Notes under the pieces: generated by a model
Told to the model about the DNA's origin: nothing
Database searches by the model: none
What the model saw: the letters and a program-made list of their open reading frames with translations, nothing else
Source: Candidatus Micrarchaeota archaeon
GTDB taxonomy: Archaea > Micrarchaeota > Micrarchaeia > Anstonellales > Bilamarchaeaceae
Reading direction: 5' to 3'
NCBI GenBank assembly: GCA_016212525.1
Contig: JACRGD010000007.1
Location: 134,863 to 198,862, forward strand
DNA length: 64,000 nt
Shown here: positions 48,175 to 58,305 of the stretch, piece by piece
How positions within the stretch are numbered: position 1 is the stretch's first letter
Layout: each line of letters opens with the position of its first letter
Translations under genes and position numbers: made by a program

Positions 48175-49521
48175 ATGGCAAAATACTTCGGCACTAACGG
48201 AGTTCGAGGAACTTTCGATCAGCTTACACCCGAACTCGCACTCAAACTCGCAGGCGCGATAGGAACATATTTCAAAAAAAACGATGGCAGAACGAAGATA
48301 CTTGTAGCTCGTGACTATCGGCTTACGGGCGAACTTCTAAAAAATGCAGTATTAAGCGGACTTGCCAGCGTAGGCGTAGAGGTCGTGGATTTGGGGGAGA
48401 TCAGTTCACCGACAGCAGAACTCATGATTAAGCAGCTAAACGCAGACGCACTCATTATAATAACTGCATCACACAACCCGCCAGAGTGGAATGCACTCAA
48501 AGTTGTCGATGGAAAAGGAATCGGCATTTCCAAAGAACGGGGAGAGGAAATAGAAAAATTACTCGGAAAGATAAAACTCACAAACTGGGACAGAGTAGGG
48601 AAAATAACAAACTATGATCGTTCGATAAGTGATCACATAGAAAAAATCGAATCGAATCTGAACCGAACAAAATTACAGAAGAAAAAAATTATCCTCGATT
48701 GTGCAAATGGAACTGCAAGCATCATCGCACCATTGATGTTCAGACGTTTAGGAGCAGAAATTATTACGATCAATTCACATCCGGACGGTAGATTCCCCGG
48801 CAGACCATCGGAGCCTACAGAAGAAAATGTAAAGGATCTGATCGATGCGGTCATAGCGAACAAAGCAGACGCCGGGATAGCGTGGGATGGTGATGGTGAT
48901 CGGGTCATATTCGTCGATGAAAAAGGAGAGTACATAATAGGAGATCGTGTGCTTGCACTCTGTGTAATATGGCAAAGGGAGAATCAAAAAGGCGATTTAA
49001 TAACAACAGTCGCAACTAGCCGTGCCGCAACGGATGCCGCAGAAAACCTAGGGATGCGAGTGAGACTCACAGCAATCGGAGCGCCTTATTTATCAGAAGA
49101 AATGAGTAAGAATCCGGGTGCCATTGGAGGCGAGGAGGTAGGTGGAGTCATATGGCCTCAGATTTCGCTTGCCAAAGATGGATTTTTTACTGCAGCCAAA
49201 TTATACGAGGCACTCTCAAAAGCACCCCTTTCACAATGGCTAGCTCAGATACCAAAATACGAAAACGTAAAAATAAAAATTAAGGCAGATCGAAATGAAG
49301 AAAAAAAGAAAATGGTTCAGAACGTCATAAATCATGCAAAAAAGAACAAGTTGAAATACAGCACAATAGACGGAGTTCGGATTGACTTTCCAGATTCATG
49401 GGTTATAGTAAGGGCAAGCGGAACTGAAAACTACATACGTATATTTGCCGAAGCAAAAATACTCCAAAAAGCTAAAGATCTAACTAGAGAGTATGAAAAA
49501 ATTGCCAGAGAAAAACATTAG
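48175..49521 (+). CDS. glmM: Phosphoglucosamine mutase / phosphohexomutase
   Basis: YFGTNGVRG, ITASHNPPEWN, DGDGDR, GGEEVGG and VRASGTE. True start at 48175; the track's 5' extension is repeat DNA. Confidence 0.9.
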   Translation: MAKYFGTNGVRGTFDQLTPELALKLAGAIGTYFKKNDGRTKILVARDYRLTGELLKNAVLSGLASVGVEVVDLGEISSPTAELMIKQLNADALIIITASHNPPEWNALKVVDGKGIGISKERGEEIEKLLGKIKLTNWDRVGKITNYDRSISDHIEKIESNLNRTKLQKKKIILDCANGTASIIAPLMFRRLGAEIITINSHPDGRFPGRPSEPTEENVKDLIDAVIANKADAGIAWDGDGDRVIFVDEKGEYIIGDRVLALCVIWQRENQKGDLITTVATSRAATDAAENLGMRVRLTAIGAPYLSEEMSKNPGAIGGEEVGGVIWPQISLAKDGFFTAAKLYEALSKAPLSQWLAQIPKYENVKIKIKADRNEEKKKMVQNVINHAKKNKLKYSTIDGVRIDFPDSWVIVRASGTENYIRIFAEAKILQKAKDLTREYEKIAREKH

Positions 49522-49527
49522 ACCTGC

Positions 49528-50031
49528 CTAGTAGGTCTTGGAATCTTTACTTTTCCAAAATAAGAGTAGTTCAAGACATTCAGGGCGCAGGAAATCAGAA
49601 GTAATTCGCACCTTCGATTTACCCAAATCCTTCATTTTTTTGTTACTTATAGAAAGTTCCGAGAAACCTAAATTTCGGACATCGGAAATATTAGTACCAT
49701 AAACTACACGTTTTATACGGGCCCAGTGAATCGCCGAAAAACACATCGGACAGGGTTCGGTAGTAGAGTATATAGTGCAACCTGAAAGATCCCACGAACC
49801 AAGCCTCTTGCAGGCATGAGAAATGCAATTTATCTCAGCATGATGGGTAGGGTTGTTTTTTGTAAGCACGGTGTTATGACCAACGGCAATAACTTCACCA
49901 AAGGAATCGACAATGCATGCACCAAAGGGAGAATTACCTTTTTCTACGCCATCAAGGGCCATAAGAATCGCAGTCCGCAGAAAATACGAATCTGATTTTT
50001 TACTTGCTTTGGGATGAGAACGGGCTTTCAT
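49528..50031 (-). CDS. Nucleoside deaminase (guanine deaminase/TadA-like family)
   Basis: PFGACIV, HAEINCI and EPCPMC. Confidence 0.9.
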   Translation of the reverse strand: MKARSHPKASKKSDSYFLRTAILMALDGVEKGNSPFGACIVDSFGEVIAVGHNTVLTKNNPTHHAEINCISHACKRLGSWDLSGCTIYSTTEPCPMCFSAIHWARIKRVVYGTNISDVRNLGFSELSISNKKMKDLGKSKVRITSDFLRPECLELLLFWKSKDSKTY

Positions 50032-50053
50032 GAAATTTTGAGGAAGCGAAAGA

Positions 50054-51106
50054 TTATATCCATTTGCGATTTCTGAAGTATAGTAACATTGAAATTCCTA
50101 TAATAACCATCAAGGCCAGAATTGCCGGATAACCAAAAGGAGAATCCAGTTCAGGCATAAACTTGAAATTCATACCATAAACTCCTGCGATAAATGAAAG
50201 AGGCATGAAGATCGTAGTTATCACAGTAAGGACTTTCATGACTTCATTGATACGATTATTTACACTCGAGAGATAGATGTCGAGCATACCAGAAACAACG
50301 TCGCGATAGGTCTCTAGAGAATCAATTACATAGACACAATGATCATAGGCATCGCGCAAAAAGAGTTTTGTCTCAGAACTAACTACGCGCGCATCGAATC
50401 GCTCGAGAGAGTTTAATGCTTCCCTAAGAGGCCAGACTGCGCGCCTAAGGAAGATCAACTCCATTTTCATAGAATGCACGGAGCGAAGTGTATTCTCGTC
50501 CGGATTTTTGAGCAAGACCGATTCAATATCCTCTATTTCTTCACCGATAAGTTCCAAAGTCGAAAAATACGTGTCAACAGTCAGATCGATAAGAGAGTAG
50601 GCCAGAAAATCGCAACCCAGATTACGGATTTTTGAATCTCCCTTGCGCAAACGATCACGAACCGGACCGAAACAATCACCCGGACTTTCCTGGAAAGTCA
50701 AAAGGAAGTTTTTGGAAAAAACCATGCTCAGCTGCTCGAATTCAGTCTCAGAATCGCTAAGATTTATCATTCTTAGGACAAAATAAACATAATCATCATA
50801 GGATTCGGCTTTTGGTCTTTGTTGAGTATTGAGAATATCCTCTAGCACCAGTGAGTGTACATTGAACATATCACAAATAGAACGAAGCACTGAGAGATCA
50901 TTAAGACTATCAACATTAATCCAGATTTTTTTACCCTCGTTAAGAAAACGCAAAACTTGCGAAAGAGAAGAAAGCTCAGTAAAGGATTTGGAATCATATG
51001 CAAAAATACTTAGAGTAGTCTTTGAATCATTTTTGGTGCCGATAAAAAACGGAGTTCCTGGTTCAAAACCGGTCTTGGCAGATCGACCTTTTGGAAATCG
51101 AAGCAT
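50054..51106 (-). CDS. corA: Magnesium/cobalt transporter CorA
   Basis: QQRPKAE, GDCFGPVRDRLR and GVYGMNF signature before TM2. Confidence 0.95.
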   Translation of the reverse strand: MLRFPKGRSAKTGFEPGTPFFIGTKNDSKTTLSIFAYDSKSFTELSSLSQVLRFLNEGKKIWINVDSLNDLSVLRSICDMFNVHSLVLEDILNTQQRPKAESYDDYVYFVLRMINLSDSETEFEQLSMVFSKNFLLTFQESPGDCFGPVRDRLRKGDSKIRNLGCDFLAYSLIDLTVDTYFSTLELIGEEIEDIESVLLKNPDENTLRSVHSMKMELIFLRRAVWPLREALNSLERFDARVVSSETKLFLRDAYDHCVYVIDSLETYRDVVSGMLDIYLSSVNNRINEVMKVLTVITTIFMPLSFIAGVYGMNFKFMPELDSPFGYPAILALMVIIGISMLLYFRNRKWI

Positions 51107-51406
51107 AAGATGGAAAGGCAGCACGGAATTAATAAGATTAACTTTTTTTATTGAATACCAACGAGAGTCGTTCTGGGAGTGGATAAATCAGCAGAGGTTA
51201 GAGTTATCAGATCATATACAAATGGTATGATACCATAATAACGATAAGATGGATCGTCAGATATATATCGATTCACAAGAGCACGAAAAATACAAAGCAA
51301 AAAGAAACTCAAAAACAAGAAAAATAGGAGAAGAAATAAGCTCGTAGAATCCTACTCAATATTTGGCCAGCAGGTAGCGCTACAAATCAAAAAAGGAAAG
51401 AAAAAA

Positions 51407-52573
51407 TCAGGCTTTCATGTATTTCTCGATCTGATCAAATGCGTAGTTGAGCTGATCGGGTTTGGCAAGGAAAACCAATCGGAAATATTTGCCATTTAGA
51501 TTAGGTGCAAAACCAGAACCAGGAACAACAACTACTCCGTATTTGAGAAGACCACGGACGAATTCTGAATCAGATTTCCATTTTGTACTCTCAATCTTGA
51601 TAAAGGAGTAGAAAGCTCCGCGAGGCGCAGCAACAGAAAGACCATCGATATCATTGACTCGCTTCATAAGAATATCCTTTCGGACTTTGAGTTCCTTGTT
51701 GAACTGGTGGATGTGATCGTGCGAACCTTTTAGCGCCGCGATATATGCCCGCTGCATTTCCCAGTTAACCGAGAGGCGCTGGTTGCATAAGCGCTGGATC
51801 GCATCTTTAATATTACCCCATCCCTCGCCATGGAATGCGATATATCCGGCACGTGCACCTGGATAAATGTAGTTCTTTGAAAGGCTGTTTCCACAGACAA
51901 CCGGAACATCTTTAGATAGGTCTCGCATGTGAGTGATATCGCCTTCAAAGACCATCTGATCATAGACATCATCACTTATGATCGGGAGTTTGTATTCTCC
52001 GGCCAGATCGACAATGCCCTGAAGTGTTTTTCGCGAATACACTGCACCAGTCGGATTGTTCGGATTGATTACAAGAATTGCTTTCGTATATTTGTTAATG
52101 TTTTTTCGCATGTTCTCCAAGTCAGGTTCGTAATTCTCGTCGCAATCGTAAAAGTCCATAGTACCATAACCCATGCGCTCTTTTGTTATGTAGAGCGGAT
52201 AGGATGGAGAAGGGAGCAGAATGTTTCTACCCGGGTCAAGCATTGCCTGATAAAGTAAATCGATACCTTCACTGAGGCCCGCAGTAACAAAAACATCATC
52301 ATCGGAAACTTTTTCGAATTTTGCAATTGTTTGTCGTAATTCCGGATCGCCTGCAGAAGGAGCATAACCAGAATAATCTTGTCTTAGCGCATCGGCCGCG
52401 GCATCTAGGATATGTTTAGGCGGCCTAAAGCCAAATGGAGCCGGATCGCCAACATTAAGATAAAGCATTTTGGTGCCGGAGTTTTCAATCTTCTTTGCTT
52501 CCTGAACAATGTCTCTAATTGGGTATGAAACCAAATCACTTTTACTTGAGGGTTCAACTGACAAAAAGCTCAC
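51407..52573 (-). CDS. PLP-dependent class I/II aminotransferase (alanine aminotransferase-like)
   Basis: YLNVGDP, NPNNPTG, SDDVYD, SLSKNY..PGARAG and VVPGSGF. Confidence 0.92.
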   Translation of the reverse strand: MSFLSVEPSSKSDLVSYPIRDIVQEAKKIENSGTKMLYLNVGDPAPFGFRPPKHILDAAADALRQDYSGYAPSAGDPELRQTIAKFEKVSDDDVFVTAGLSEGIDLLYQAMLDPGRNILLPSPSYPLYITKERMGYGTMDFYDCDENYEPDLENMRKNINKYTKAILVINPNNPTGAVYSRKTLQGIVDLAGEYKLPIISDDVYDQMVFEGDITHMRDLSKDVPVVCGNSLSKNYIYPGARAGYIAFHGEGWGNIKDAIQRLCNQRLSVNWEMQRAYIAALKGSHDHIHQFNKELKVRKDILMKRVNDIDGLSVAAPRGAFYSFIKIESTKWKSDSEFVRGLLKYGVVVVPGSGFAPNLNGKYFRLVFLAKPDQLNYAFDQIEKYMKA

Positions 52574-52687
52574 CTGCTTGAGATTGAAGAGGTTGATTTA
52601 AATTCTATTCGTAGGCGACTTCGGCGAAAGACGATTTGAATTGACAAAAAGAAACAGATTTAATAACAATTATGAAGAGAGAGTAAC

Positions 52688-53293
52688 ATGACGCTTCGAT
52701 ATAATAGACATAACAAACCGCCAGAACCACGATTTACACCGCTAGGAACAGTATTATTGTTAGATGGAGCACTACACCATGGAATCCAAAAGGCAGCGGA
52801 AAAACTGGGCGCAAAAACAGACGAACAGAAAATCAAGATGGCATTAGGAACAATCATGATCGGACAAGTAACCGGACCAATAATAGCATACCATCAAAGC
52901 CCGAAAACGATGGCAGTGGATTTAGCGGTTTCAATATTTTTCATGGCACCACTTCAGGGATTGGGAGTCCTGGGAATGACGATTGGGAAAAAGATGAAAC
53001 CTACGATGGAAGGAATCATAGATCGTAACAAAGAAGCCGCTAACAACATATCAACGGCCCTAAGAATGATGGCAGTAGGAGCTGTAATATATCAGGCACA
53101 AAAATATTTTTCTACAGACAGCAATGAGCATTTGAGAAAACTTATCGATAGCATAGCGGCTACATTAGCATTCTATCTAATTCCAAATGAAAATGATATT
53201 TTCAAAAAAACAGCCAGATGGTTAGCAGAAAAGGCAGCCGAATTTAAGGCAGGATTTTCCACAGCTGCTCCAGATACAGTCCATCCTAAATAA
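52688..53293 (+). CDS. Hypothetical helical/hydrophobic orphan protein
   Basis: 201-aa ORF with several moderately hydrophobic helices. Confidence 0.7.
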   Translation: MTLRYNRHNKPPEPRFTPLGTVLLLDGALHHGIQKAAEKLGAKTDEQKIKMALGTIMIGQVTGPIIAYHQSPKTMAVDLAVSIFFMAPLQGLGVLGMTIGKKMKPTMEGIIDRNKEAANNISTALRMMAVGAVIYQAQKYFSTDSNEHLRKLIDSIAATLAFYLIPNENDIFKKTARWLAEKAAEFKAGFSTAAPDTVHPK

Positions 53294-53301
53294 AGCCAAA
53301 T

Positions 53302-54117
53302 TTAATCCGAATCGTCTTCATATAAAGTCAGTCTCGCTCTGCCAGTCTTAATTTTAGGATGAAAAACAATCGCCTGACTTAGTTGATTATCATGCATCAG
53401 CTTGCAAAGACCAGAATGTAAACTTCGTAGATGAAGAACACCTGTCACGTGATTCTCATCCACATAAGACTGTATCGCTTCTCGAATTTCGTCTTTTGAT
53501 TTGCCCTTCCAGGAAACCTTTGGACGGCCAGGTTCAGAAAAAGGAAGATACTGAGAAATGTTCCGACGATTAAGTGCACGAACAAGTGAAGAATCCGCTT
53601 CCTCCAGCCGGGAAAGATTCGTCAGATGAGGCGTTTCGCGTAGCATTCTAAGGGCAAGAGAAAATAAGTGCTGATCTGACACGGCTTCAAAAAGCCGACG
53701 ACCAGAAGGACCTTGGGGAATAGGAGTTTGGGCAAGCTCAGGAGAATACAACATCGCAGTCCTAATAAAAGGAATTGTACGATCAAGACTTGATGAATTA
53801 TATTCACCAATATTTCGACCTTTTCGAACTAAATGTTTTAAGTCAAGTTCTGCACGAATACGGCGTTTTTCGATTTCAACTGCCACAGATGGCACAGATT
53901 CCGAAAATTGCTGCCAAGAGCGTAAACTGTGTTTAAGTGCAATATGTCTTGCCAATGCCAAGAGTTTAGGAGAAGCCAGAGGTTTCCAACTCACCATACC
54001 CGGACGGTATTCATTAAGAACAATACCTATAAGCGAAGCTTCAGTAAGTACATCATTAGACCCTAATTTCCTTTTCCACGGAACTCTTTTGGGTTTGGAA
54101 GAGGTTTGCCGGAGCAT
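53302..54117 (-). CDS. Orphan protein with three ~52-aa helical repeats
   Basis: Repeats begin VSWKPL.., LFEAVSD.. and VSWKGKS.. with shared spacing. Confidence 0.7.
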   Translation of the reverse strand: MLRQTSSKPKRVPWKRKLGSNDVLTEASLIGIVLNEYRPGMVSWKPLASPKLLALARHIALKHSLRSWQQFSESVPSVAVEIEKRRIRAELDLKHLVRKGRNIGEYNSSSLDRTIPFIRTAMLYSPELAQTPIPQGPSGRRLFEAVSDQHLFSLALRMLRETPHLTNLSRLEEADSSLVRALNRRNISQYLPFSEPGRPKVSWKGKSKDEIREAIQSYVDENHVTGVLHLRSLHSGLCKLMHDNQLSQAIVFHPKIKTGRARLTLYEDDSD

Positions 54118-54203
54118 GAAAAAGAATAGAGTTCAAAGGATTTAAAAAGGTTTTAAAAAAGGTAAAAATATGGATAAATGAAAATAAACCAAGACATAGA
54201 AAG

Positions 54204-54584
54204 CTATTTTCCAACCGAGAAAACTACTTTTTTTAATTTTCCATCGATTACAAGTGTTTTTTCTGTTGAGAAGAACAGCTCATGAGAATCTCCACCACGA
54301 CAGTTCGTAAAGCGCACACCCTCGATAAAGACACAGAAGGAAACTTTCGAACCAACTTCAGCAAGGCCAGTGTTCAGATGAGAATCGATCAGGGAGTCAT
54401 GGTTTTGAGAAACAACATCCTGAAAATAGCCCTTAAGATAGAGAACCCGCCAGACGTCATCATATAGACGAACAGTATCCAGTGAGAAAACAGAGGAGGA
54501 AGCAGTAAAATCAGAAATAGAAACAATAGCAGACACGAGAGATAGGAAAAACAATAAGGAGATAATCGCTTCGACCGTCTGCAA
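54204..54584 (-). CDS. Pilin-like protein
   Basis: Q-TVE-AIISLLFF N-terminal helix; TTG start directly after the upstream stop. Confidence 0.6.
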   Translation of the reverse strand: MQTVEAIISLLFFLSLVSAIVSISDFTASSSVFSLDTVRLYDDVWRVLYLKGYFQDVVSQNHDSLIDSHLNTGLAEVGSKVSFCVFIEGVRFTNCRGGDSHELFFSTEKTLVIDGKLKKVVFSVGK

Positions 54585-55007
54585 TTAATCACCACAGACC
54601 GAAAGCAAAACGACTTTATAGTCGGGTTTAGAAACGGCAAGCCGGGAAACGCAATTATTTCCAGAGCCACGCTCGTCAAAAGCTACAGAGAGGCGAGTTA
54701 AATCGGATCGGGATTGAAGTTCAGATAATAAAGAGTCATCAAACGATCCTGAATCGATCAAATTCAAAATTCGCAAATCTTTCTGAGAGATAGCAAGTCT
54801 ACTTTTGACCAAAAATTCGCCAACAGAACCAAGTTTTTCGCGGGTGATCCGATCATCGACATTAGAAATTGCGTGAAGACGAAAGGAAGAATACAACTGT
54901 AGAGCCAGAAGTGAAATTAAGACGATTGGAAGAAGGGAAAATAGAAGATCGAGATTCATAAGTCCCCTATATTGGTTTGCGTGTATCCGCATAGAAAACA
55001 CCTCCAA
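54585..55007 (-). CDS. Pilin-like protein (class III signal-like)
   Basis: RG/LMNLDLLFSLL N-terminal helix. Confidence 0.65.
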   Translation of the reverse strand: MEVFSMRIHANQYRGLMNLDLLFSLLPIVLISLLALQLYSSFRLHAISNVDDRITREKLGSVGEFLVKSRLAISQKDLRILNLIDSGSFDDSLLSELQSRSDLTRLSVAFDERGSGNNCVSRLAVSKPDYKVVLLSVCGD

Positions 55008-55293
55008 CCTGAATTAGTCTACCTGATGAATCAGAAAGAAGAACCCCGTGCTCGATGCGACTCGAAAGATTTGAAGAAACAAACTCGGAGGGAATACCAA
55101 GTCCCGAAACTAAATAAAGTTCGTAAGTACGGGCAAACGAATTTTGCTTTTGGAGGTAATCGATCTGATCAGAAAGAGACTTTGAAGAATCCAGGTTCTT
55201 ATAAAGAGCAACGGAAAAAAGGGAAACGACAATTAAGGAAATAGAAAGGGAAAATAAAAAATCAAGTGAAAGCTGACCTTTGTAAGTATCCAT
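54967..55293 (-). CDS. Class III signal peptide pilin-like protein
   Basis: KG/QLSLDFLFSL. Confidence 0.75.
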   Translation of the reverse strand: MDTYKGQLSLDFLFSLSISLIVVSLFSVALYKNLDSSKSLSDQIDYLQKQNSFARTYELYLVSGLGIPSEFVSSNLSSRIEHGVLLSDSSGRLIQVGGVFYADTRKPI

Positions 55294-55295
55294 CG

Positions 55296-55484
55296 CTAAT
55301 TCTTGAGTTTTAGAGCATAGCTGCCAGGAGCGTTAAGCTGGACATACTTTGCAACTTCAGATCGCTCGGCATCCAAAATGAGCACCATACCGGAAAATCT
55401 ATCGGTTAGTTCGCCCTGTTGGCACTTTGGACAGACTTTATCGTTTTGGTAAGTAATATATCTACAGGATTTGCATGCTCTCAT
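55296..55484 (-). CDS. spt4: Transcription elongation factor Spt4 (RpoE2)
   Basis: RACKSC..CPKC, FSGMVLILD and PGSYALK. Confidence 0.95.
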   Translation of the reverse strand: MRACKSCRYITYQNDKVCPKCQQGELTDRFSGMVLILDAERSEVAKYVQLNAPGSYALKLKN

Positions 55485-56065
55485 TTAGTTACCTCTTTTG
55501 ATTCTTTTTCCTTCTTAATTGGAGCTGGTTTCTTCTCAGAAATCCAGTCCATCTTACCTAGTCCATCAGGTCGCATGGTAAGTCCGATCTTGGTATCAGA
55601 TGAAGTGTATTTGAGACTAACAGTCGAAACCTTGACCAAAATACCATCGCTTCTCTTGATGTTCCGGTTTGGAGTCTTAGTATTAAGACCACGGGATTTT
55701 TTATCAAAGAAATATTTGTCCTTTCCGATCTGTGAGATGTGTAGTAAACCCTGGAATGGACCGATCGATGCAAATGCACCGAACTCCAGAATTTCCTTGA
55801 TTTCAGCAGGGAAAACTTCATTAACTACTGGCAGGAATGTGAGTGCCTCGAATTGTACAGTGTAGTATGCACCGCCATCACCTGGAATGACAATACCATC
55901 ACCCAAAAGCTCGGCGTTGTTAATAGACAGAATTATTCCCATTTCCTTGAAAATGCGGCTTTCGTATCGCTCCCGCAAAATACGCAAAACTGCATCACTT
56001 GCCTCGCTGGCAAAAGATGATGGGGGTAAACGAATCCGATCCTGAATTGTTCTTATATAGTACAT
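55481..56065 (-). CDS. rpo7: RNA polymerase subunit Rpo7 (E')
   Basis: IPGDGGAYY and EFGAFASIGPFQGLLHISQI; K.GLTMRPDGLGK. Confidence 0.96.
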   Translation of the reverse strand: MYYIRTIQDRIRLPPSSFASEASDAVLRILRERYESRIFKEMGIILSINNAELLGDGIVIPGDGGAYYTVQFEALTFLPVVNEVFPAEIKEILEFGAFASIGPFQGLLHISQIGKDKYFFDKKSRGLNTKTPNRNIKRSDGILVKVSTVSLKYTSSDTKIGLTMRPDGLGKMDWISEKKPAPIKKEKESKEVTK

Positions 56066-56242
56066 AAAGAAACCTCCGTCATTCGCCTATTGCAATTAGA
56101 TCAATAGGAGAGTCTAGCCTAGTAACCATTAGTTACAAGCAAGATAGATGTATAGAGAGGGGTTTTTATAGGTGTGTTATGAGATATGAAAAACTATTTA
56201 ACATTTATAAAATAGTTGCTGCACAGTAAATATGGTGCCAAA

Positions 56243-57328
56243 ATGGGAAAAATCAAATGTGCTGTTGTCGGAGTCGGAAATTGCTTTGCCGGGTTAGTCC
56301 AGGGAATTGAATATTACAAGCAGCATCCAGAGCAGCAGGTAATCGGAGTCATGCACCCAGTAATGGGCAACTATTCTATTCATGATATTGATTTTGTCGC
56401 AGCGTTCGATGTCGATTCGAAAAAAGTCGGAACGAAACTAAGCGATGCGGTTTATGCAGAACCAAACAAAGTAAAGTGGGTTCCGGAGCTATCGACTATG
56501 CAGGATGTAACGGTCATGCAATCTCCCCAGTTAGATGGAGTAGGTCATTATGTCGAAAAGGTCGTGATGCCAGTTCCGCAAAAACCAATTGAAGATTTGA
56601 GAAAAGAGGCAATAAGGGAATTAAAAGACAAGAAAGTTGAAATTCTGGTTTCGTACTTGCCAGTTGGATCCGAAGCGGCAACCAAATTCTGGGCTCAGGT
56701 TTGCCTGGATGCAAAAATTGGATTTGTCAATTGTATGCCCTCGTTCATTGCTTCAGTACCGGAATGGGCAAAGAAGTTTGAAGAATCACAAATTCCCATA
56801 ATTGGCGACGACATAAAAGGACAAGTCGGAGCGACGATAGTTCATCGCACACTCGCCAACCTCTGCGATCAAAGAGGAACGAAAATCGAAAAAACATACC
56901 AGATCAACGTTGGAGGCAATACGGACTTCTTATCTATGAAAGAACAGGACAGATTGCAATCGAAAAAGATTTCAAAAACTGAATCAGTACAATCACAACT
57001 TTCCCAAAGATTGCCGGATGAGAACATATATGTAGGCCCGAGCGACTTCATACCCTTCCTTAGCAACACGAAATTGATGTTCATGAGAATAGAGGGACGC
57101 ATGTGGGCAAATATTCCATATAACATGGAAGTAAGATTGGAAGTCGATGATAAGGCAAATTCAGCTGGAATTGTCATCGATGCGATTCGATACTGCAAAA
57201 TTGCACTTGATCGGAAAATAGGAGGGCCACTGATTGGTCCGAGTGCCTGGCTGATGAAGCATCCGCCAAAGCAATTCAAAGATGCACAGGCAAGGCAGAT
57301 GGCAGAAGATTTTGAGAAGGGTAACTAG
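56243..57328 (+). CDS. ino1: myo-inositol-1-phosphate synthase
   Basis: VVGVGNC, YLPVGSE, GDDIKGQVGAT, NVGGNTDF and DKANSAG. Confidence 0.95.
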   Translation: MGKIKCAVVGVGNCFAGLVQGIEYYKQHPEQQVIGVMHPVMGNYSIHDIDFVAAFDVDSKKVGTKLSDAVYAEPNKVKWVPELSTMQDVTVMQSPQLDGVGHYVEKVVMPVPQKPIEDLRKEAIRELKDKKVEILVSYLPVGSEAATKFWAQVCLDAKIGFVNCMPSFIASVPEWAKKFEESQIPIIGDDIKGQVGATIVHRTLANLCDQRGTKIEKTYQINVGGNTDFLSMKEQDRLQSKKISKTESVQSQLSQRLPDENIYVGPSDFIPFLSNTKLMFMRIEGRMWANIPYNMEVRLEVDDKANSAGIVIDAIRYCKIALDRKIGGPLIGPSAWLMKHPPKQFKDAQARQMAEDFEKGN

Positions 57329-57493
57329 ATGAAACGTAATGATGAAAAAATAAATCGGAGGACCAAGGAAGAAATAGGTCTCGCAAGAAAAGACATTGAA
57401 GCAGGATTTGGAATTACCCACATACAGTTAAAGAAAAAACTTGGATTAAAATACAAAAATCACAACGTACCTACGAACAGAAGTAATATATAA
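57329..57493 (+). CDS. Small ORF resembling an antitoxin C-terminus
   Basis: Manual translation MKRNDEKINRRTKEEIGLARKDIEAGFGITHIQLKKKLGL... (54 aa), starting immediately after the ino1 stop. Confidence 0.4.
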   Translation: MKRNDEKINRRTKEEIGLARKDIEAGFGITHIQLKKKLGLKYKNHNVPTNRSNI

Positions 57494-57513
57494 ATCACTC
57501 AAGAAATGCAATC

Positions 57514-58296
57514 ATGTTCCTAAATCGGGCAGTAACTGCGGCAGCCATAATCGGCGGAGCCTTTTGCATTATTTTATCGATTCTTTTTTCCAGCGGATTC
57601 CTCATAGCAATTAGTGCATTTTTCTTTTGCCTAAGCATCGCAATCTGGAAATACGGATATCTATTGATTCCGCCATTAACAAAAGCAACCAATATAATAG
57701 AGGTCCGAAACGGCTTTGAAATCCCGCCAACCCGAGACTACATTGTCAAAAAAACCCAAAGCGGATATTATGTAACAAAATATCTTGAAGTCAGGTTCTA
57801 CGAGAGTTCGATGGACAAGGAAAATGAAGAGAAAAAAATACTCTTTGACTCGTTCGAAAAGGCCATCAGTTCGCTCAAATATATTGTCCGGATTAGTCTC
57901 ATGATCAGCACGCTCGAACTCTCATCACACATTGAAGAAATAAAGACAAAGCGAGGTTCAGTAGAAGCCAAGAAATCAAAAGAAGGAAAGATCAGCGATG
58001 ATGAGAAAATGAGAATGGATCGCGAACTGGCATACTGGAATCGACTTCTTGATCGCATTAGTTCGGGCGACCGACCAGTCGAAGTCATTGCATTTGCTGC
58101 AACTACAGCAAACGGACTAACACGAGAAGAAGCGCTTTCAAGAGCAAGCAGACAGGCCAAGGAGCTTAAGACAATTCTTTCGAGCTCGCTTGGATGCGAC
58201 ATAAATGAATTAAAAGACCTGGACATGATTCGCTGCTTTGAATGGGAATTCTTCAACCCAACAAGCCAGGAAGAAATAAAGGACGAGACATTCTAG
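57514..58296 (+). CDS. Membrane protein with two N-terminal TMs and a VirB4/TraC N-terminal-like cytoplasmic domain
   Basis: Hydrophobic residues 5-52, then coiled coil and EEALSRASRQAKELKTILSSSLGC; co-oriented upstream of the ATPase. Confidence 0.6.
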   Translation: MFLNRAVTAAAIIGGAFCIILSILFSSGFLIAISAFFFCLSIAIWKYGYLLIPPLTKATNIIEVRNGFEIPPTRDYIVKKTQSGYYVTKYLEVRFYESSMDKENEEKKILFDSFEKAISSLKYIVRISLMISTLELSSHIEEIKTKRGSVEAKKSKEGKISDDEKMRMDRELAYWNRLLDRISSGDRPVEVIAFAATTANGLTREEALSRASRQAKELKTILSSSLGCDINELKDLDMIRCFEWEFFNPTSQEEIKDETF

Positions 58297-58305
58297 CCGA
58301 ATCGC

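Noticed and set aside
51125-51406. 280-bp gap between corA and the aminotransferase as a possible ncRNA or Mg-responsive leader
   Set aside because: AT-rich, with only a short palindrome (ATGGTATGATACCAT); no recognisable riboswitch core or ORF.
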